Below, piece after piece: positions 1-11,883 of a DNA stretch of 64,000 nt; the first letter of the stretch is position 1, and the number at the start of each line of letters is the position of its first letter. This stretch comes from Cyanophora paradoxa CCMP329 (taxonomy: Eukaryota; Plantae; Glaucophyta): the NCBI GenBank assembly GCA_004431415.1, contig QPMI01000078.1, positions 183,455 through 247,454 on the forward strand, in the 5' to 3' direction. The position numbers and the translations under genes were made by a program. The notes below the pieces were generated by a model. The model searched no databases. It saw only the letters and a program-made list of their open reading frames with translations, and was not told the origin of the DNA.

Positions 1-547
1 GCTGCGAAGCCGGCGGCGGCGGCTGCTCGCCCTCCGCCGCCGCCGCGGAAGGCGCCTTGGCGGCATCCGGCGCCTCCTCCGCCCCCGCCTCGTCGCCCTC
101 GCTGCCGCTGCGGGCGTCGGCGGCGGCGGCGGCCTCGGCGGCCTCCTGGTCGGCATCGGCGCCCTTGCGGCCGATGAAGCGCGCCAGCCGCTCCGTGTCA
201 CGCAGCGGCGCGCGCGCGCGCGCGCTCCCGGGCCTCAGCGGACGACGGGCGGGAGCGAGGAGCGTTCTGTTACCTTGACGTAGCACTGGAGGAGCAGCGT
301 GGTGTGCTCGCCTGATGCTCCTTTGCACAGGTGAAGCGTCTCCAGGAACTTGGTGAGGTTCTCGATTTGCGCATGCCGCGGCGCGCGCCCACACGGGTGA
401 CGTTAGATGGGAGGGGGCGGGCCCGGCTGCGGCGCGCGCCTTGCCGCGCCGCCGTAGATCAGGCGGCGGATGACGCGGGACGACTCGCCGTGCGGGATCG
501 GCGGGCCAGCGGGGCCCGCCCCCGCCCAAATGCAGATGGAGATCATG
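1..547 (-). pseudogene. VPS11: 5'-truncated, diverged VPS11 fragment (middle exons), running off the left edge of the window
   Basis: Encodes GPPIPHGESSRVIRRLIYGG, NLTKFLETLHLCKGASGEHTTLLLQCYVK and LRDTERLARFIGRKGAD, which match 9130-9640 of the full copy. Similarity stops near 520 and gives way to unrelated sequence with an in-frame ATG (MISICIW). Confidence 0.75.
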
Positions 548-1084
548 ATACAGGCGCAGCTTAGCGCCAGCGCAGCATGTGCGCAAGCATTTAATGCGCA
601 TCGAAGCGCATGCAAAATGCACCGGCCCCCCAAACGGCAAGAAGTCGACGCGCTAAAAGCTTAAATTTCGATCACTCGGTTCGCGTTCAGCCGCGTTCGC
701 GAAGCCTGCGTCGTTTTCTGGGCCGGGGATGCCAACGGTGGCGATTGCGCCCTACCCCGGTGCCACTTTTGCCCCGGCGAATGCGCTTTACCCCCGGTTG
801 CAAAAAAACGCGGTGAAGGGAGACCAGCTGGCATGAGTGAAGGGCATGGCTGCACCGTGCTTACTGCGCAGTGAAACGCATCACACTCGGCGCCAGACCT
901 TCGCCGTCCGGTACGTGCAGCCCTGACCGGTGCGCTCCGCCCGCCCGCGGCGCTTGGCATGCGCGTGCGATGGAGCTCATCGTTCGAGCAGGCCAGCCGC
1001 GACCTCGCGGATCGCGGCATCGCTGCGTTCGCGGCATCGCCGCGCTCTCAGATCTTCTCCTCTTCTCCACCAAGCTAATCAGCC

Positions 1085-1546
1085 ATGGCTTCCCAGGTGC
1101 GTCGCCAGGGCCTCGCAGCGTCCGCATACATGCGTGAACGAATCGCCGCAGGATCGGAGCATTCGTGACGACTCCATCAAGGTGCGCGACAAGGTGCGCG
1201 GCGATCTTCTTCAAGTCGACGAGCTCGAGATGTTTTCCGCACGCGCTTTCTCGTCCGAGACGGACGCCAAGATCGGAGGTGAGTGCTGACGCCGACCCCT
1301 CCACCACTTTCGTTGACGTTGTCGTGCGCAGCCTTGGCTGAGAGTTTGACCAAAGACGTATCCCAGGCCACGAAGAGCTTCGACCAGGCCACGAAGAGCT
1401 TCGACCAAGTCTGCAAAGACGTCGGCCTGGGCGCGAAGGCGCTTGGATTCGGCTTTGGAGTCGGCTCCTTCCTCGTCGGGGCCGGTGTGTTTATTCTAAG
1501 CGTCCGCCGCGGCCGTGTCCCACCGAGCGTCTCCGGCTTCGGGTGA
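1085..1546 (+). CDS. Small 3-exon hypothetical tail-anchored membrane protein (117 aa), copy 1
   Basis: Exons 1085-1096, 1152-1278 and 1332-1546 are joined by GT-AG introns and total 354 nt in frame: MASQ|DRSIRDD...DAKIG|ALAESLTKDVSQATKSFDQATKSFDQ...ALGFGFGVGSFLVGAGVFILSVRRGR... There is a heptad-like repeat and a C-terminal Gly-rich hydrophobic helix followed by basic residues. Confidence 0.7.
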
Positions 1547-1829
1547 GCTTATCGTCTGGCTCCGTGGTAGTGCCCTGTTGCTGAGCTCTTTCGCAGCAAT
1601 GTTCCATCGCGTGTGTGACGCGCATGCTCTAGATCTTCAACGGCGCACGTGCACGCAGCAAATTAGAGAGTTAACAGAGTCTCTCAGAGTATGTAGACAA
1701 GCGAATTAGAGAGTTAACAGCATGTGCTTGTTGCTTCTGTGGGTTTTGTGCGAATCCGCCAGCTGCAGTGTGCATGTGCATGTGACGCCGTGGCACGGTC
1801 CGTGCTTCTGGATCGTTCCGAAGTTTGGG

Positions 1830-4800
1830 CTAGGCGGAGCTCGAGGGGGCGGGGAGGGGCCCGGCGCGGGCGTGGGCGAGGAATTCGGGGATGAGGCGGA
1901 AGCCGTCCTCCCGCGGGGCCGCCCGCCCCAGCTCCGCCAGCAGCTCGCGGTGCCGCTCGGAGGAGGGCGCCGCCTCCAGCCGCCCCCGCACCGCCTCCAG
2001 CTGCCGCCAGGCCGGCAGGCAGAGCGGGCACTCGCCCCCGCTCGGCGCCCGCTCGAGGCAGCGCCCGTGGTACGCGTGCCCGCAGCCGAAGTGCGAGGCC
2101 GGCAGGTCCAGCGGCGACGCGCACGCCGCGCACTTCGACGACTGGCGGGGGGGTACTGCGTCAGGGCTGGGGGGGGGGGTGGGAAGAGGGGGTAGGCGCG
2201 CCTGGTGGATCTCGGCGGAGGAGCGGAGGCGGTCGATGCCGGCGCGGGCGCGGGCGGTGCGCTGCCGGAGGGCCTCGGCGGCCGCCCCCTCGGCCTCGGC
2301 CACCTCGCGGCCCCAGGCGAGGGTCTTGGAGAGGTACCCCCGCACGTCCCGAGGGTGAGGCCGCCCTCGCCGCCCTCGGCCGCGCCGGCGGCGAGGGCGC
2401 GGAAGACAAGGAGCGGGGAGAGCGCGCCCGTCGCCTCCACGGCGTCCAGGGCGCGCGCGAGGTGCCCCGGGAAGCGCCGCGCGTTGCGGGCGAAGAAGCG
2501 CAGCGCGGCGCCCCAGGCGTGGGGGTCCGGGGCGGGGGCCCCCGGGGCGGGGCGGCGCAGGCGGCGAGGACGGCGTCGGCGTCGCCGGCCTCGACGTGGA
2601 GCCGCAGCAGCTCCCGGCGCTGGCCCAGGCGGCCCAGCAGCGCCACCAGGCCCGGCCGGAAGGCGAAGGCGTGGCAGAGGAGCAGCCCGTGGTGCGGGTC
2701 GAGGCCCGAGGCCGGCGCCTCCTCCGCCATGCGCGCCGCCCGCGCCCGCGCCCCCTCCGAGTCCTCCTGCAGCAGGCACTCGAAGAGCGCGTTCGCCACG
2801 CGCGCGGGGGGCGGCCCCGCGGCGGCGGCGGCGGAGGCCTCGAGGAACGAGAGGAGCTCCGCGCCGTGCTCGGGGCCGAAGAGGGGCAGGAACGGCTCCG
2901 GGTCCGCCCGCTGCCGCCGCGACGGCGCCGGCGGGGTCGCCAGCGCCGGCGGGAGGGCCCGGCTCGAGACGGGGCGCGAGGAGGAGGAGCCGGAGGGGCG
3001 GCCGGCGGCCGGGCGGGGAGGGGCGAGGAGGCGCCCGAGGGGCCGCCGAGGGCGCTGGCGGGGGCCGGGGCGGCAGGGCGGCGGCGAAGTTGCTGCGGGC
3101 GGCGTCAGGCGCGCGGGAGCGGGCGGGCCGGGACGGCACAGAGCCCGCCGCGCATGCGCACCCGAGACGAGGTCGACCAGGAGGCCCGTCGCCTCCGCCG
3201 GCAGCTGCCGCAGGAGCTCCCGCCGAACCTGCGCCGCCGTCGGCCGGCGCGGCGCGGAGCGGAGCGCTTTGCGGGGCGGGGCTGAAGAGGCGCACTGGAG
3301 GGCGTGGGCGAGGGCGGCGTCGAAGGGGAGGCGCCGGAGGTGGGCGAGGGCGGCGGCCGCGTCGCGCAGCTCCTCGAGCTGGATCCGCAGGTAGGCGGCG
3401 TGCAGGCCGTGGCGCCGGGCCAGGTAGAGCGCGTGGCTGTGCAGGCCGGCCGCCGAGCACGCCGCGATCGCCGCGCGCACGTCGAACGAGTGCCGCGCGG
3501 CCCCCTTCTCCTTCTCCTTCTCGGCCTGCGCCGCCGGTGAGGCGCGGGCGTGAAGCGGGGACAGAGAGGCACGCGGGGCGGACTTCGAGGTCCGACTTGC
3601 GGCCGGACTTGCGGCCCGGGCGCTCCCGCGAGCCGCTGCGGCGCGGCGCGAGCCGCCTCCGCGAGCGCTGCGAAGCCGGCGGCGGCGGCTGCTCGCCCTC
3701 CGCCGCCGCCGCGGACGGCGCCTCGCCGCCCTCGGTCGCCTCCTCCGCCCCCGCCTCATCGCCCTCGCTGCCGCTGCGGGCGTCGGCCTCGGGGGCGGCC
3801 TCGGCGGCCTCCTGGTCGTCGTCGGCCCCCTTGCGGCCGATGAAGCGCGCCAGCCGCTCCGTGTCACGCAGCTGCGCGCGGGCGCGCGCCCGGGCCTCAG
3901 CGAACGACGGGCGGGGGGCGAGTAGCTTTCTCTTGCCTTGACGTAGCACTGGAGGAGGAGCGTGGTGTGCTCTCCCGAGGCCCCCTTGCACAGGTGCAGC
4001 GTCTCCAAGAACTTCTCGAGGTGCTCGATCTGCCGGTTGGATACACGCGCGCGAAGTTAGATGAGATGAGTCAGATGGGAGGGGGCGGGCCGAGCTGGAG
4101 ATTGCGGCGCGCCTTGCCACCGTCGACCAGGCGCCGGATGACGCGGGACGACTCGCCGTGCGGGATCGGGGGGCCGGCGGGGCGCGCCCCCGGCTGGCCG
4201 GCGTCCCCCTGGGGGTACCGCTGCGCCGCCTGCGCGGCGTGCTGGTAGAGTGCGAGGGACCACTGCTGCGCCGCGCCGTCCAGTCGCCCGTCCTGCCGGC
4301 GGCGCGTCGGGGCGGCGCAGAGCGGCGGAGCGGGCCCGGGGCGGCGGGGCGGAGCGGCGGGGAGGCGGTGGCCGCGCACTCAAGGGGAAGGGGGAGGGGG
4401 GGGGGGGGAGAGGGGGGGGGGGAATCGCACTCGGAGAGGTGGTCCCCGAATTTGCGGTGGACGGCGGCGAGGAGGGCCGGCGGGGCGCCGTGCGTGCGAG
4501 CCACCGCCAGCGCCGTCGAGTACTGGTGCGCTGCCCCACCGCCCGCCCGCGCCCGTTCGCTCGCTCGCGATTGCGTCGCCGGCGGGCGGGAGGGAGGGAG
4601 GGGGGGGTACCGTCGTAGAGGATGTGGAGCTTGTCCGTGAGACTGACCTCCGTCAGGCGGATCACCTGAGGCGCGAGGCGAACGCTCAGGCGCCTGGGCG
4701 GGGCGGAGGGGCGGGGCGGAGGGGCGGGCCCTGAGGTCGCGGAGGACGAGGAAGACGCGGCCCCAGGCGGCGACGACGAAGCGGATGCGCGCCGGCAGCT

Positions 4801-5340
4801 CCGCCTCGAACGCCACCACTGCCGTACCCCCCGCCCGGCGCCCGCCCGTCAGCCCGTCAGCCCTCAGCCGCTAGCTTTTTTTTCTTCTTCGCGGCTTCAG
4901 CTTCGCCGCACCGTGGCTCGCCACGTCGTAGACCCGAACCACGTCCGGCGGGCCTGCGCACACACAAGCGCGCGCGCCTCTGAGCGACAGCGAGGGCGCC
5001 GGGCTGCCCTTGCTAAAGGGAGGAGAGGGGCGCACCCGCGTCGTCGCCGCTGCCGGCGTCCTCCGGGGCGGGCGGGGCCGCCCCGGGCTCGGCGCCGGGG
5101 CCGGGCTCCTCCGGCCGCCCGCGCATGACCGTCACCAGGTAGTTCCTGTGCCAGGCGAGGTACCTAAAGCGAGGCGCGCTCAGATTAGTGCTCAGATCAG
5201 ATGGGAGGCCGGCGGGGCGCACCGCTTGGTGCCAGGGAATGCGTAGCATGGCCCCCGGTCGTCTGGCTGGTACACGTACAGCGCCTCTTCCCTGCACAAA
5301 GCTCAGGCCCGGTCCAAAGGGGACGGAATGGGGTCAAAAA

Positions 5341-5372
<32 letters not shown>

Positions 5373-5607
5373 CGGGCCTGCCGAGGGCGTAGTCGGGGCT
5401 GGCGTCGCCCATGAGGGTGGCGCAGTTGGGCGGGGCCCCGGGCTCCTGCACGTAGACGCGGCGCGCGTCCGCGGGCCCCAGGCTGTAGCTCGCGATGGCC
5501 CGCCGTGTGACGACGTAGAGGGTGCCCCGGCGCGCGCCGGCGGGCGTACCCCCCAGCGAGGCGCTGGAGGAGGGGGCGGAGGGCGTGGAGGGGGCGGCGG
5601 TCGTCAT
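1830..5607 (-). CDS. VPS11: N-terminally truncated VPS11 paralog (gene or pseudogene)
   Basis: Collinear with 7290-11138 of the full copy and includes the C-terminal RING (CAACASPLDLPASHFGCGHAYHGRCL...ECPLC) with TAG at 1830. It lacks the first ~250 codons. An ATG at 5607 is in frame (MTTAAPSTPSAP). Confidence 0.7.
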
Positions 5608-6007
5608 CGTCGTCGTCGGCGCCCTTGCGGCCGATGAAGCGCGCCAGCCGCTCCGTGTCACGCAGCGGCGCGCGCGCGCGCGCGCTCCCGGGCCTCAGCG
5701 GACGACGGGCGGGAGCGAGGAGCGTTCTGTTACCTTGACGTAGCACTGGAGGAGCAGCGTGGTGTGCTCGCCTGATGCTCCTTTGCACAGGTGAAGCGTC
5801 TCCAGGAACTTGGTGAGGTTCTCGATTTGCGCATGCCGCGGCGCGCGCCCACACGGGTGACGTTAGATGGGAGGGGGCGGGCCCGGCTGCGGCGCGCGCC
5901 TTGCCGCGCCGCCGTAGATCAGGCGGCGGATGACGCGGGACGACTCGCCGTGCGGGATCGGCGGGCCAGCGGGGCCCGCCCCCGCCCAAATGCAGATGGA
6001 GATCATG
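5601..6007 (-). pseudogene. VPS11: Internal VPS11 fragment (duplicate of 156-547) fused to the truncated paralog
   Basis: Essentially identical to 156-547. It is joined at 5600/5601 to sequence matching 11138 of the full gene. Confidence 0.75.
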
Positions 6008-6544
6008 ATACAGGCGCAGCTTAGCGCCAGCGCAGCATGTGCGCAAGCATTTAATGCGCATCGAAGCGCATGCAAAATGCACCGGCCCCCCAAACGGCAA
6101 GAAGTCGACGCGCTAAAAGCTTAAATTTCGATCACTCGGTTCGCGTTCAGCCGCGTTCGCGAAGCCTGCGTCGTTTTCTGGGCCGGGGATGCCAACGGTG
6201 GCGATTGCGCCCTACCCCGGTGCCACTTTTGCCCCGGCGAATGCGCTTTACCCCCGGTTGCAAAAAAACGCGGTGAAGGGAGACCAGCTGGCATGAGTGA
6301 AGGGCATGGCTGCACCGTGCTTACTGCGCAGTGAAACGCATCACACTCGGCGCCAGACCTTCGCCGTCCGGTACGTGCAGCCCTGACCGGTGCGCTCCGC
6401 CCGCCCGCGGCGCTTGGCATGCGCGTGCGATGGAGCTCATCGTTCGAGCAGGCCAGCCGCGACCTCGCGGATCGCGGCATCGCTGCGTTCGCGGCATCGC
6501 CGCGCTCTCAGATCTTCTCCTCTTCTCCACCAAGCTAATCAGCC

Positions 6545-7006
6545 ATGGCTTCCCAGGTGCGTCGCCAGGGCCTCGCAGCGTCCGCATACATGCGTGAACG
6601 AATCGCCGCAGGATCGGAGCATTCGTGACGACTCCATCAAGGTGCGCGACAAGGTGCGCGGCGATCTTCTTCAAGTCGACGAGCTCGAGATGTTTTCCGC
6701 ACGCGTTTTCTCGTCCGAGACGGACGCCAAGATCGGAGGTGAGTGCTGACGCCGACCCCTCCACCACTTTCGTTGACGTTGTCGTGCGCAGCCTTGGCTG
6801 AGAGTTTGACCAAAGACGTATCCCAGGCCACGAAGAGCTTCGACCAGGCCACGAAGAGCTTCGACCAAGTCTGCAAAGACGTCGGCCTGGGCGCGAAGGC
6901 GCTTGGATTCGGCTTTGGAGTCGGCTCCTTCCTCGTCGGGGCCGGTGTGTTTATTCTAAGCGTCCGCCGCGGCCGTGTCCCACCGAGCGTCTCCGGCTTC
7001 GGGTGA
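6545..7006 (+). CDS. Small 3-exon hypothetical tail-anchored membrane protein, copy 2
   Basis: Same exon structure as 1085-1546 shifted by 5460, with one A->V change (SARAF vs SARVF). Confidence 0.7.
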
Positions 7007-7289
7007 GCTTATCGTCTGGCTCCGTGGTAGTGCCCTGTTGCTGAGCTCTTTCGCAGCAATGTTCCATCGCGTGTGTGACGCGCATGCTCTAGATCTTCAA
7101 CGGCGCACGTGCACGCAGCAAATTAGAGAGTTAACAGAGTCTCTCAGAGTATGTAGACAAGCGAATTAGAGAGTTAACAGCATGTGCTTGTTGCTTCTGT
7201 GGGTTTTGTGCGAATCCGCCAGCTGCAGTGTGCATGTGCATGTGACGCCGTGGCACGGTCCGTGCTTCTGGATCGTTCCGAAGTTTGGG

Positions 7290-10200
7290 CTAGGCGGAGC
7301 TCGAGGGGGCGGGGAGGGGCCCGGCGCGGGCGTGGGCGAGGAATTCGGGGATGAGGCGGAAGCCGTCCTCCCGCGGGGCCGCCCGCCCCAGCTCCGCCAG
7401 CAGCTCGCGGTGCCGCTCGGAGGAGGGCGCCGCCTCCAGCCGCCCCCGCACCGCCTCCAGCTGCCGCCAGGCCGGCAGGCAGAGCGGGCACTCGCCCCCG
7501 CTCGGCGCCCGCTCGAGGCAGCGCCCGTGGTACGCGTGCCCGCAGCCGAAGTGCGAGGCCGGCAGGTCCAGCGGCGACGCGCACGCCGCGCACTTCGACG
7601 ACTGGCGGGGGGTACTGCGTCAGGGCTGGGGGGGGGGGGGAAGAGGGGGTAGGCGCGCCTGGTGGATCTCGGCGGAGGAGCGGAGGCGGTCGATGCCGGC
7701 GCGGGCGCGGGCGGTGCGCTGCCGGAGGGCCTCGGCGGCCGCCCCCTCGGCCTCGGCCACCTCGCGGCCCCAGGCGAGGGTCTTGGAGAGGTACCCCCGC
7801 ACGTCCCCGAGGGTGAGGCCGCCCTCGCCGCCCTCGGCCGCGCCGGCGGCGAGGGCGCGGAAGACAAGGAGCGGGGAGAGCGCGCCCGTCGCCTCCACGG
7901 CGTCCAGGGCGCGCGCGAGGTGCCCCGGGAAGCGCCGCGCGTTGCGGGCGAAGAAGCGCAGCGCGGCGCCCCAGGCGTGGGGGTCCGGGGCGGGGCCCCC
8001 GGGGCGGGGCGGCGCAGGCGGCGAGGACGGCGTCGGCGTCGCCGGCCTCGACGTGGAGCCGCAGCAGCTCCCGGCGCTGGCCCAGGCGGCCCAGCAGCGC
8101 CACCAGGCCCGGCCGGAAGGCGAAGGCGTGGCAGAGGAGCAGCCCGTGGTGCGGGTCGAGGCCCGAGGCCGGCGCCTCCTCCGCCATGCGCGCCGCCCGC
8201 GCCCGCGCCCCCTCCGAGCCCTCCTGCAGCAGGCACTCGAAGAGCGCGTTCGCCACGCGCGCGGGGGCGGCCCCGCGGCGGCCGCCGCCGCCGCCTCGAG
8301 GAACGAGAGGAGCTCCGCGCCGTGCTCGGGGCCGAAGAGGGGCAGGAACGGCTCCGGGTCCGCCCGCTGCCGCCGCGACGGCGCCGGCGGGGTCGCCAGC
8401 GCCGGCGGGAGGGCCCGGCTCGAGACGGGGCGCGAGGAGGAGGAGCCGGAGGGGCGGCCGGCGGCCGGGGCGGGAGGGGCGAGGAGGCGCCCGAGGGGCC
8501 GCCGAGGGCGCTGGCGGGGCCGGGGCGGCAGGGCGGCGGCGAAGTTGCTGCGGGCGGCGTCAGGCGCGCGGGAGCGGGGCGGGCCGGGACGGCACAGAGC
8601 CCGCCGCGCATGCGCACCCCGAGACGAGGTCGACCAGGAGGCCCGTCGCCTCCGCCGGCAGCTGCCGCAGGAGCTCCCGCCCGAACCTGCGCCGCCGTCG
8701 GCCGGCGCGGCGCGGAGCGGAGCGCTTTGCGGGGCGGGGCTGAAGAGGCGCACTGGAGGGCGTGGGCGAGGGCGGCGTCGAAGGGGAGGCGCCGGAGGTG
8801 GGCGAGAGCGGCGGCCGCGTCGCGCAGCTCCTCGAGCTGGATCCGCAGGTAGGCGGCGTGCAGGCCGTGCCGCCGGGCCAGGTAGAGCGCGTGGCTGTGC
8901 AGGCCGGCCGCCGAGCACGCCGCGATCGCCGCGCGCACGTCGAACGAGTGCCGCGCGGCCCCCTTCTCCTTCTCCTTCTCCTTCTCCTTCTCCGCCTGCG
9001 CCGCCGATGAGGCGCGGGCGTGAAGGGGCGACGGGCACGCCGGGCGGACCTCGAGTTCAGACTTGCGGCCGGACTTGCGGCCCGGGCGCTCGGGCGAGCC
9101 GCTGCGGCGCGGCGCGAGCCGCCTCCGCGAGCGCTGCGAAGCCGGCGGCGGCTGCTGCTCGCCCTCCGCCGCCGCCGCGGAAGGCGCCTCGGCGGCATCC
9201 GGCGCCTCCTCCGCCCCCGCCTCTTCGCCCTCGCTGCCGCTGCGGGCGTCGGCCTCGGCGGCGGCCTGGGCGGCCTCCTGGTCGTCGTCGGCGCCCTTGC
9301 GGCCGATGAAGCGCGCCAGCCGCTCCGTGTCACGCAGCTGCGCGCGGGCGCGCGCCCGGGCCTCAGCGGACGACGGGCGGGGGGCGAGGAGCTTTCTCTT
9401 GCCTTGACGTAGCATTGGAGGAGGAGCGTGGTGTGCTCTCCCGAGGCCCCCTTGCACAGGTGCAGCGTCTCCAGGAACTTGGCGAGGTGCTCGATCTGCC
9501 GGTCAGATGCGAAGTTAGAGGAGCTAGATGGGAGGGGGCGGGCCCAGCTGGAGATTGCGGCGCGCCTTGCCACCGTCGACCAGGCGCCGGATGACGCGGG
9601 ACGACTCGCCGTGCGGGATCGGGGGGCCGGCGGGGCGCGCCCCCGGCTGGCCCGCGTCCCCCTGGGGGTACCGCTGCGCCGCCTGCGCGGCGTGCTGGTA
9701 GAGTGCGAGGGACCACTGCTGCGCCGCTCCGTCCCAGTCGCCCGTCCTGCCCGGCGGCGCGTCGGGTCGGCGCAGAGCGGCGGAGCGGGCCCGGGGCGGC
9801 GGGGCGGAGCGGCGGGGAGGCGGTGGCCGCGCACTCTGAGAGGAAGGATAGCCTAAGGTGTCCTCTATCAACTAGGCCTGGTCATCCAATCCCTAAGCCA
9901 AATCCCTGATTTATCAACTAGGTGTTTATCAAAGGCCGAAGCCATCTAAGCCACCTTGGGCTATCTCTCGGCGGGGGAGGCGGTGGCCGCGCACTCTGAG
10001 AGGTGGTCCCCGAATTTGCGGTGGACGGCTGCGAGGAGCGCCGGCGCGGCGCCGTGCGTGCGCGCCACCGCCAGCGCCGTCGAGTACTGGTGCGCTGCCC
10101 CACCGCCCCCCCCTCGCTCGCTCGCTCGCTCGCGATTGCGTCGCCGGCGGGCGGGAGGGAGGGAGGGGTACCGCCGTAAAGGATGTGGAGCTTGTCCGCG

Positions 10201-11883
10201 AGGCTGACCTCCGTCAGGCGGATCACCTGAGGCGCGAGGCGAAGGCTCAGGCGCCTGGGCGGGGCGGAGGGGCGGGGCGGAGGGGCGGAGGGGCGCGCCC
10301 TAAGGTCGCGGAGGACGAGGAAGACGCGGCCCCAGGCGGCGACAACGAAGCGGATGCGCGCCGGCAGCTCCGCCTCGAACGCCACCACTGCCGTACCCCC
10401 CGCCCGGCGCCCGCCCGTCAGCCCGTCAGCCCTCAGCCGCTAGTTTTTTTTTCTTCTTCGCGGCTTCTACTTTGCCGCACCGTGGCTCGCCACGTCGTAG
10501 ACCCGAACCACGTCCGGCGGGCCTGCGCGCGCGCGCGCCTCTGAGCGACGGCGACGGCGCCGGGCGGTTCTTTAAGGGAGGAGGGGCGCACCCGCGTCGT
10601 CGCCGCTGCCGGCATCCTCCGGAGCGGGCGGGGTCGCCCCGGGCTCGGCGCCGGGGCCGGGCTCCTCCGGCCGCCCGCGCATGACCGTCACCAGGTAGTT
10701 CCTGTGCCACGCGAGGTACCTAAAGCGAGGCGCTCAGACGAGCGCTCAGATCAGATGAAACGCCGGCGGGGCGCACCGCTTGGTGCCGGGGAACGCGTAG
10801 CAGGGCCCTCGGTCGTCCGGCTGGTACACGTACAGCGCCTCTTCCCTGTACCCCGCTCAGACCCGGTCCGAAGGGGGCGGAAGGGGCGGGCGGGCGGGGG
10901 GGCGGGCGGGCGGGCCTGCCGAGGGCGTAGTCGGGGCTGGCGTCGCCCATAAGGGTTGCGCAGTTGGGCGGGGCCCCCGGCTCCTGCACGTAGACGCGGC
11001 GCGCGTCCGCGGGCCCCAGGCTGTAGCTTGCGATGGCCCGCCGCGTGACGACGTAGAGGGTACCCCGGCGCGCGCCGGCGGGCGTACCCCCCAGCGAGGC
11101 GCTGGAGGAGGGGGCGGAGGGCGTGGAGGGGGCGGCGGGGCCCTGGGGCTGGAGGAGGGGCGTGAGGCCGGAGAGGGGCGAGGGGGCGAGGGACTGGGGC
11201 AGCTCGGCGGGGCGGTAGGCGAGGCCCGTGACGGCGGGCGGGAGGGGCTTGCGGGCGCCGTGGACGGAGGCGTCGGCGTTGCGCCTGGCGGCGAGGAGGC
11301 GCTGGCGGAGGGGCGGGATGCGCTCCGTGACGAGGTCGCGGTCGGGCTGCGCGCGGAGCAGGAGCACGTCGCCGTCCTCGCAGCCCATCGCGACGAGGCC
11401 GACGTCGTCCGACACGCAGAGGCACGTGATCGGAATCTCCTGTACGTGCCCCGGGAAGAGCTCGATGGAGCGCGCGAGGGCCGGGTCGAAGCGCGGCGCG
11501 CTCCGGTCGTACGTCCACATCTTGACGGTCGGCGGGCGCGACCCCGCGGAGGCGTTCGAGACGTCGTCCCCCTCGCTCACGAGCACGTCCTTGCCGTGCA
11601 CGGCCAGGACGTGGTTCACGCGCGTGTCGTGCCCCTGCCAGGTCGCCGCGTGGAACTGCGGATCGACGGCGTGCAGCCGGCCGAGCGAGTCGCCGAAGAA
11701 AATGTACGGGCAGCCCTCGCAGCTAGAGCACGACGTGACCTCCGCGCGTACGGCGGACTTGGCCGAGCTGCCGGCGGGCTGCGAGAAGACCGAGAGCGCC
11801 TCATCCGCGCCCTCCTCCTTGACCTCCGAGTCCAAGAAGAAGCGGAATGACCGCCACTGGTAGAGCGGCTGCTGGCCCGCCAT
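7290..11883 (-). CDS. VPS11: Vacuolar protein sorting 11 (HOPS/CORVET core subunit), multi-exon, full length
   Basis: The N-terminus MAGQQPLYQWRSFRFF matches the QWRxFxFF start of Vps11. It also has a beta-propeller region, EEALYVYQPDDRGPCYAFPG, RLTEVSLADKLHILY, a clathrin-repeat region (HRKFGDHL; IEHLAKFLETLH; EHTTLLLQCYVKL) and a C-terminal RING. A few homopolymer frameshifts are present. Confidence 0.93.
9811..10003. repeat. 126-bp AT-rich insertion with inverted ends flanked by a ~33-bp direct repeat, inside a VPS11 intron
   Basis: Direct repeat GGCGGGGAGGCGGTGGCCGCGCACTCTGAGAGG at 9811-9843 and 9970-10003. Inverted repeat GATAGCCTAAGGTG (9847) / CACCTTGGGCTATC (9952), 13/14 match. The insert is absent from the paralog at ~4380. 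Confidence 0.85.

Larger units (their letters stand above)
156..11138. repeat. Tandem segmental duplication, period ~5460 bp (156-5600 vs 5616-11138)
   Basis: ORFs recur with an exact +5460 offset (331/5791, 1283/6743, 1722/7182). The first ~2 kb are nearly identical (one substitution seen, 1246 vs 6706). The rest is collinear with SNPs and small indels. Confidence 0.95.

Noticed and set aside
1706-9834. Long Arg/Pro/Gly/Ala-rich ORFs (1037, 763 and 652 aa and similar) on both strands
   Set aside because: They are stop-poor artefacts of very high GC that read through the introns and wrong frames of VPS11.
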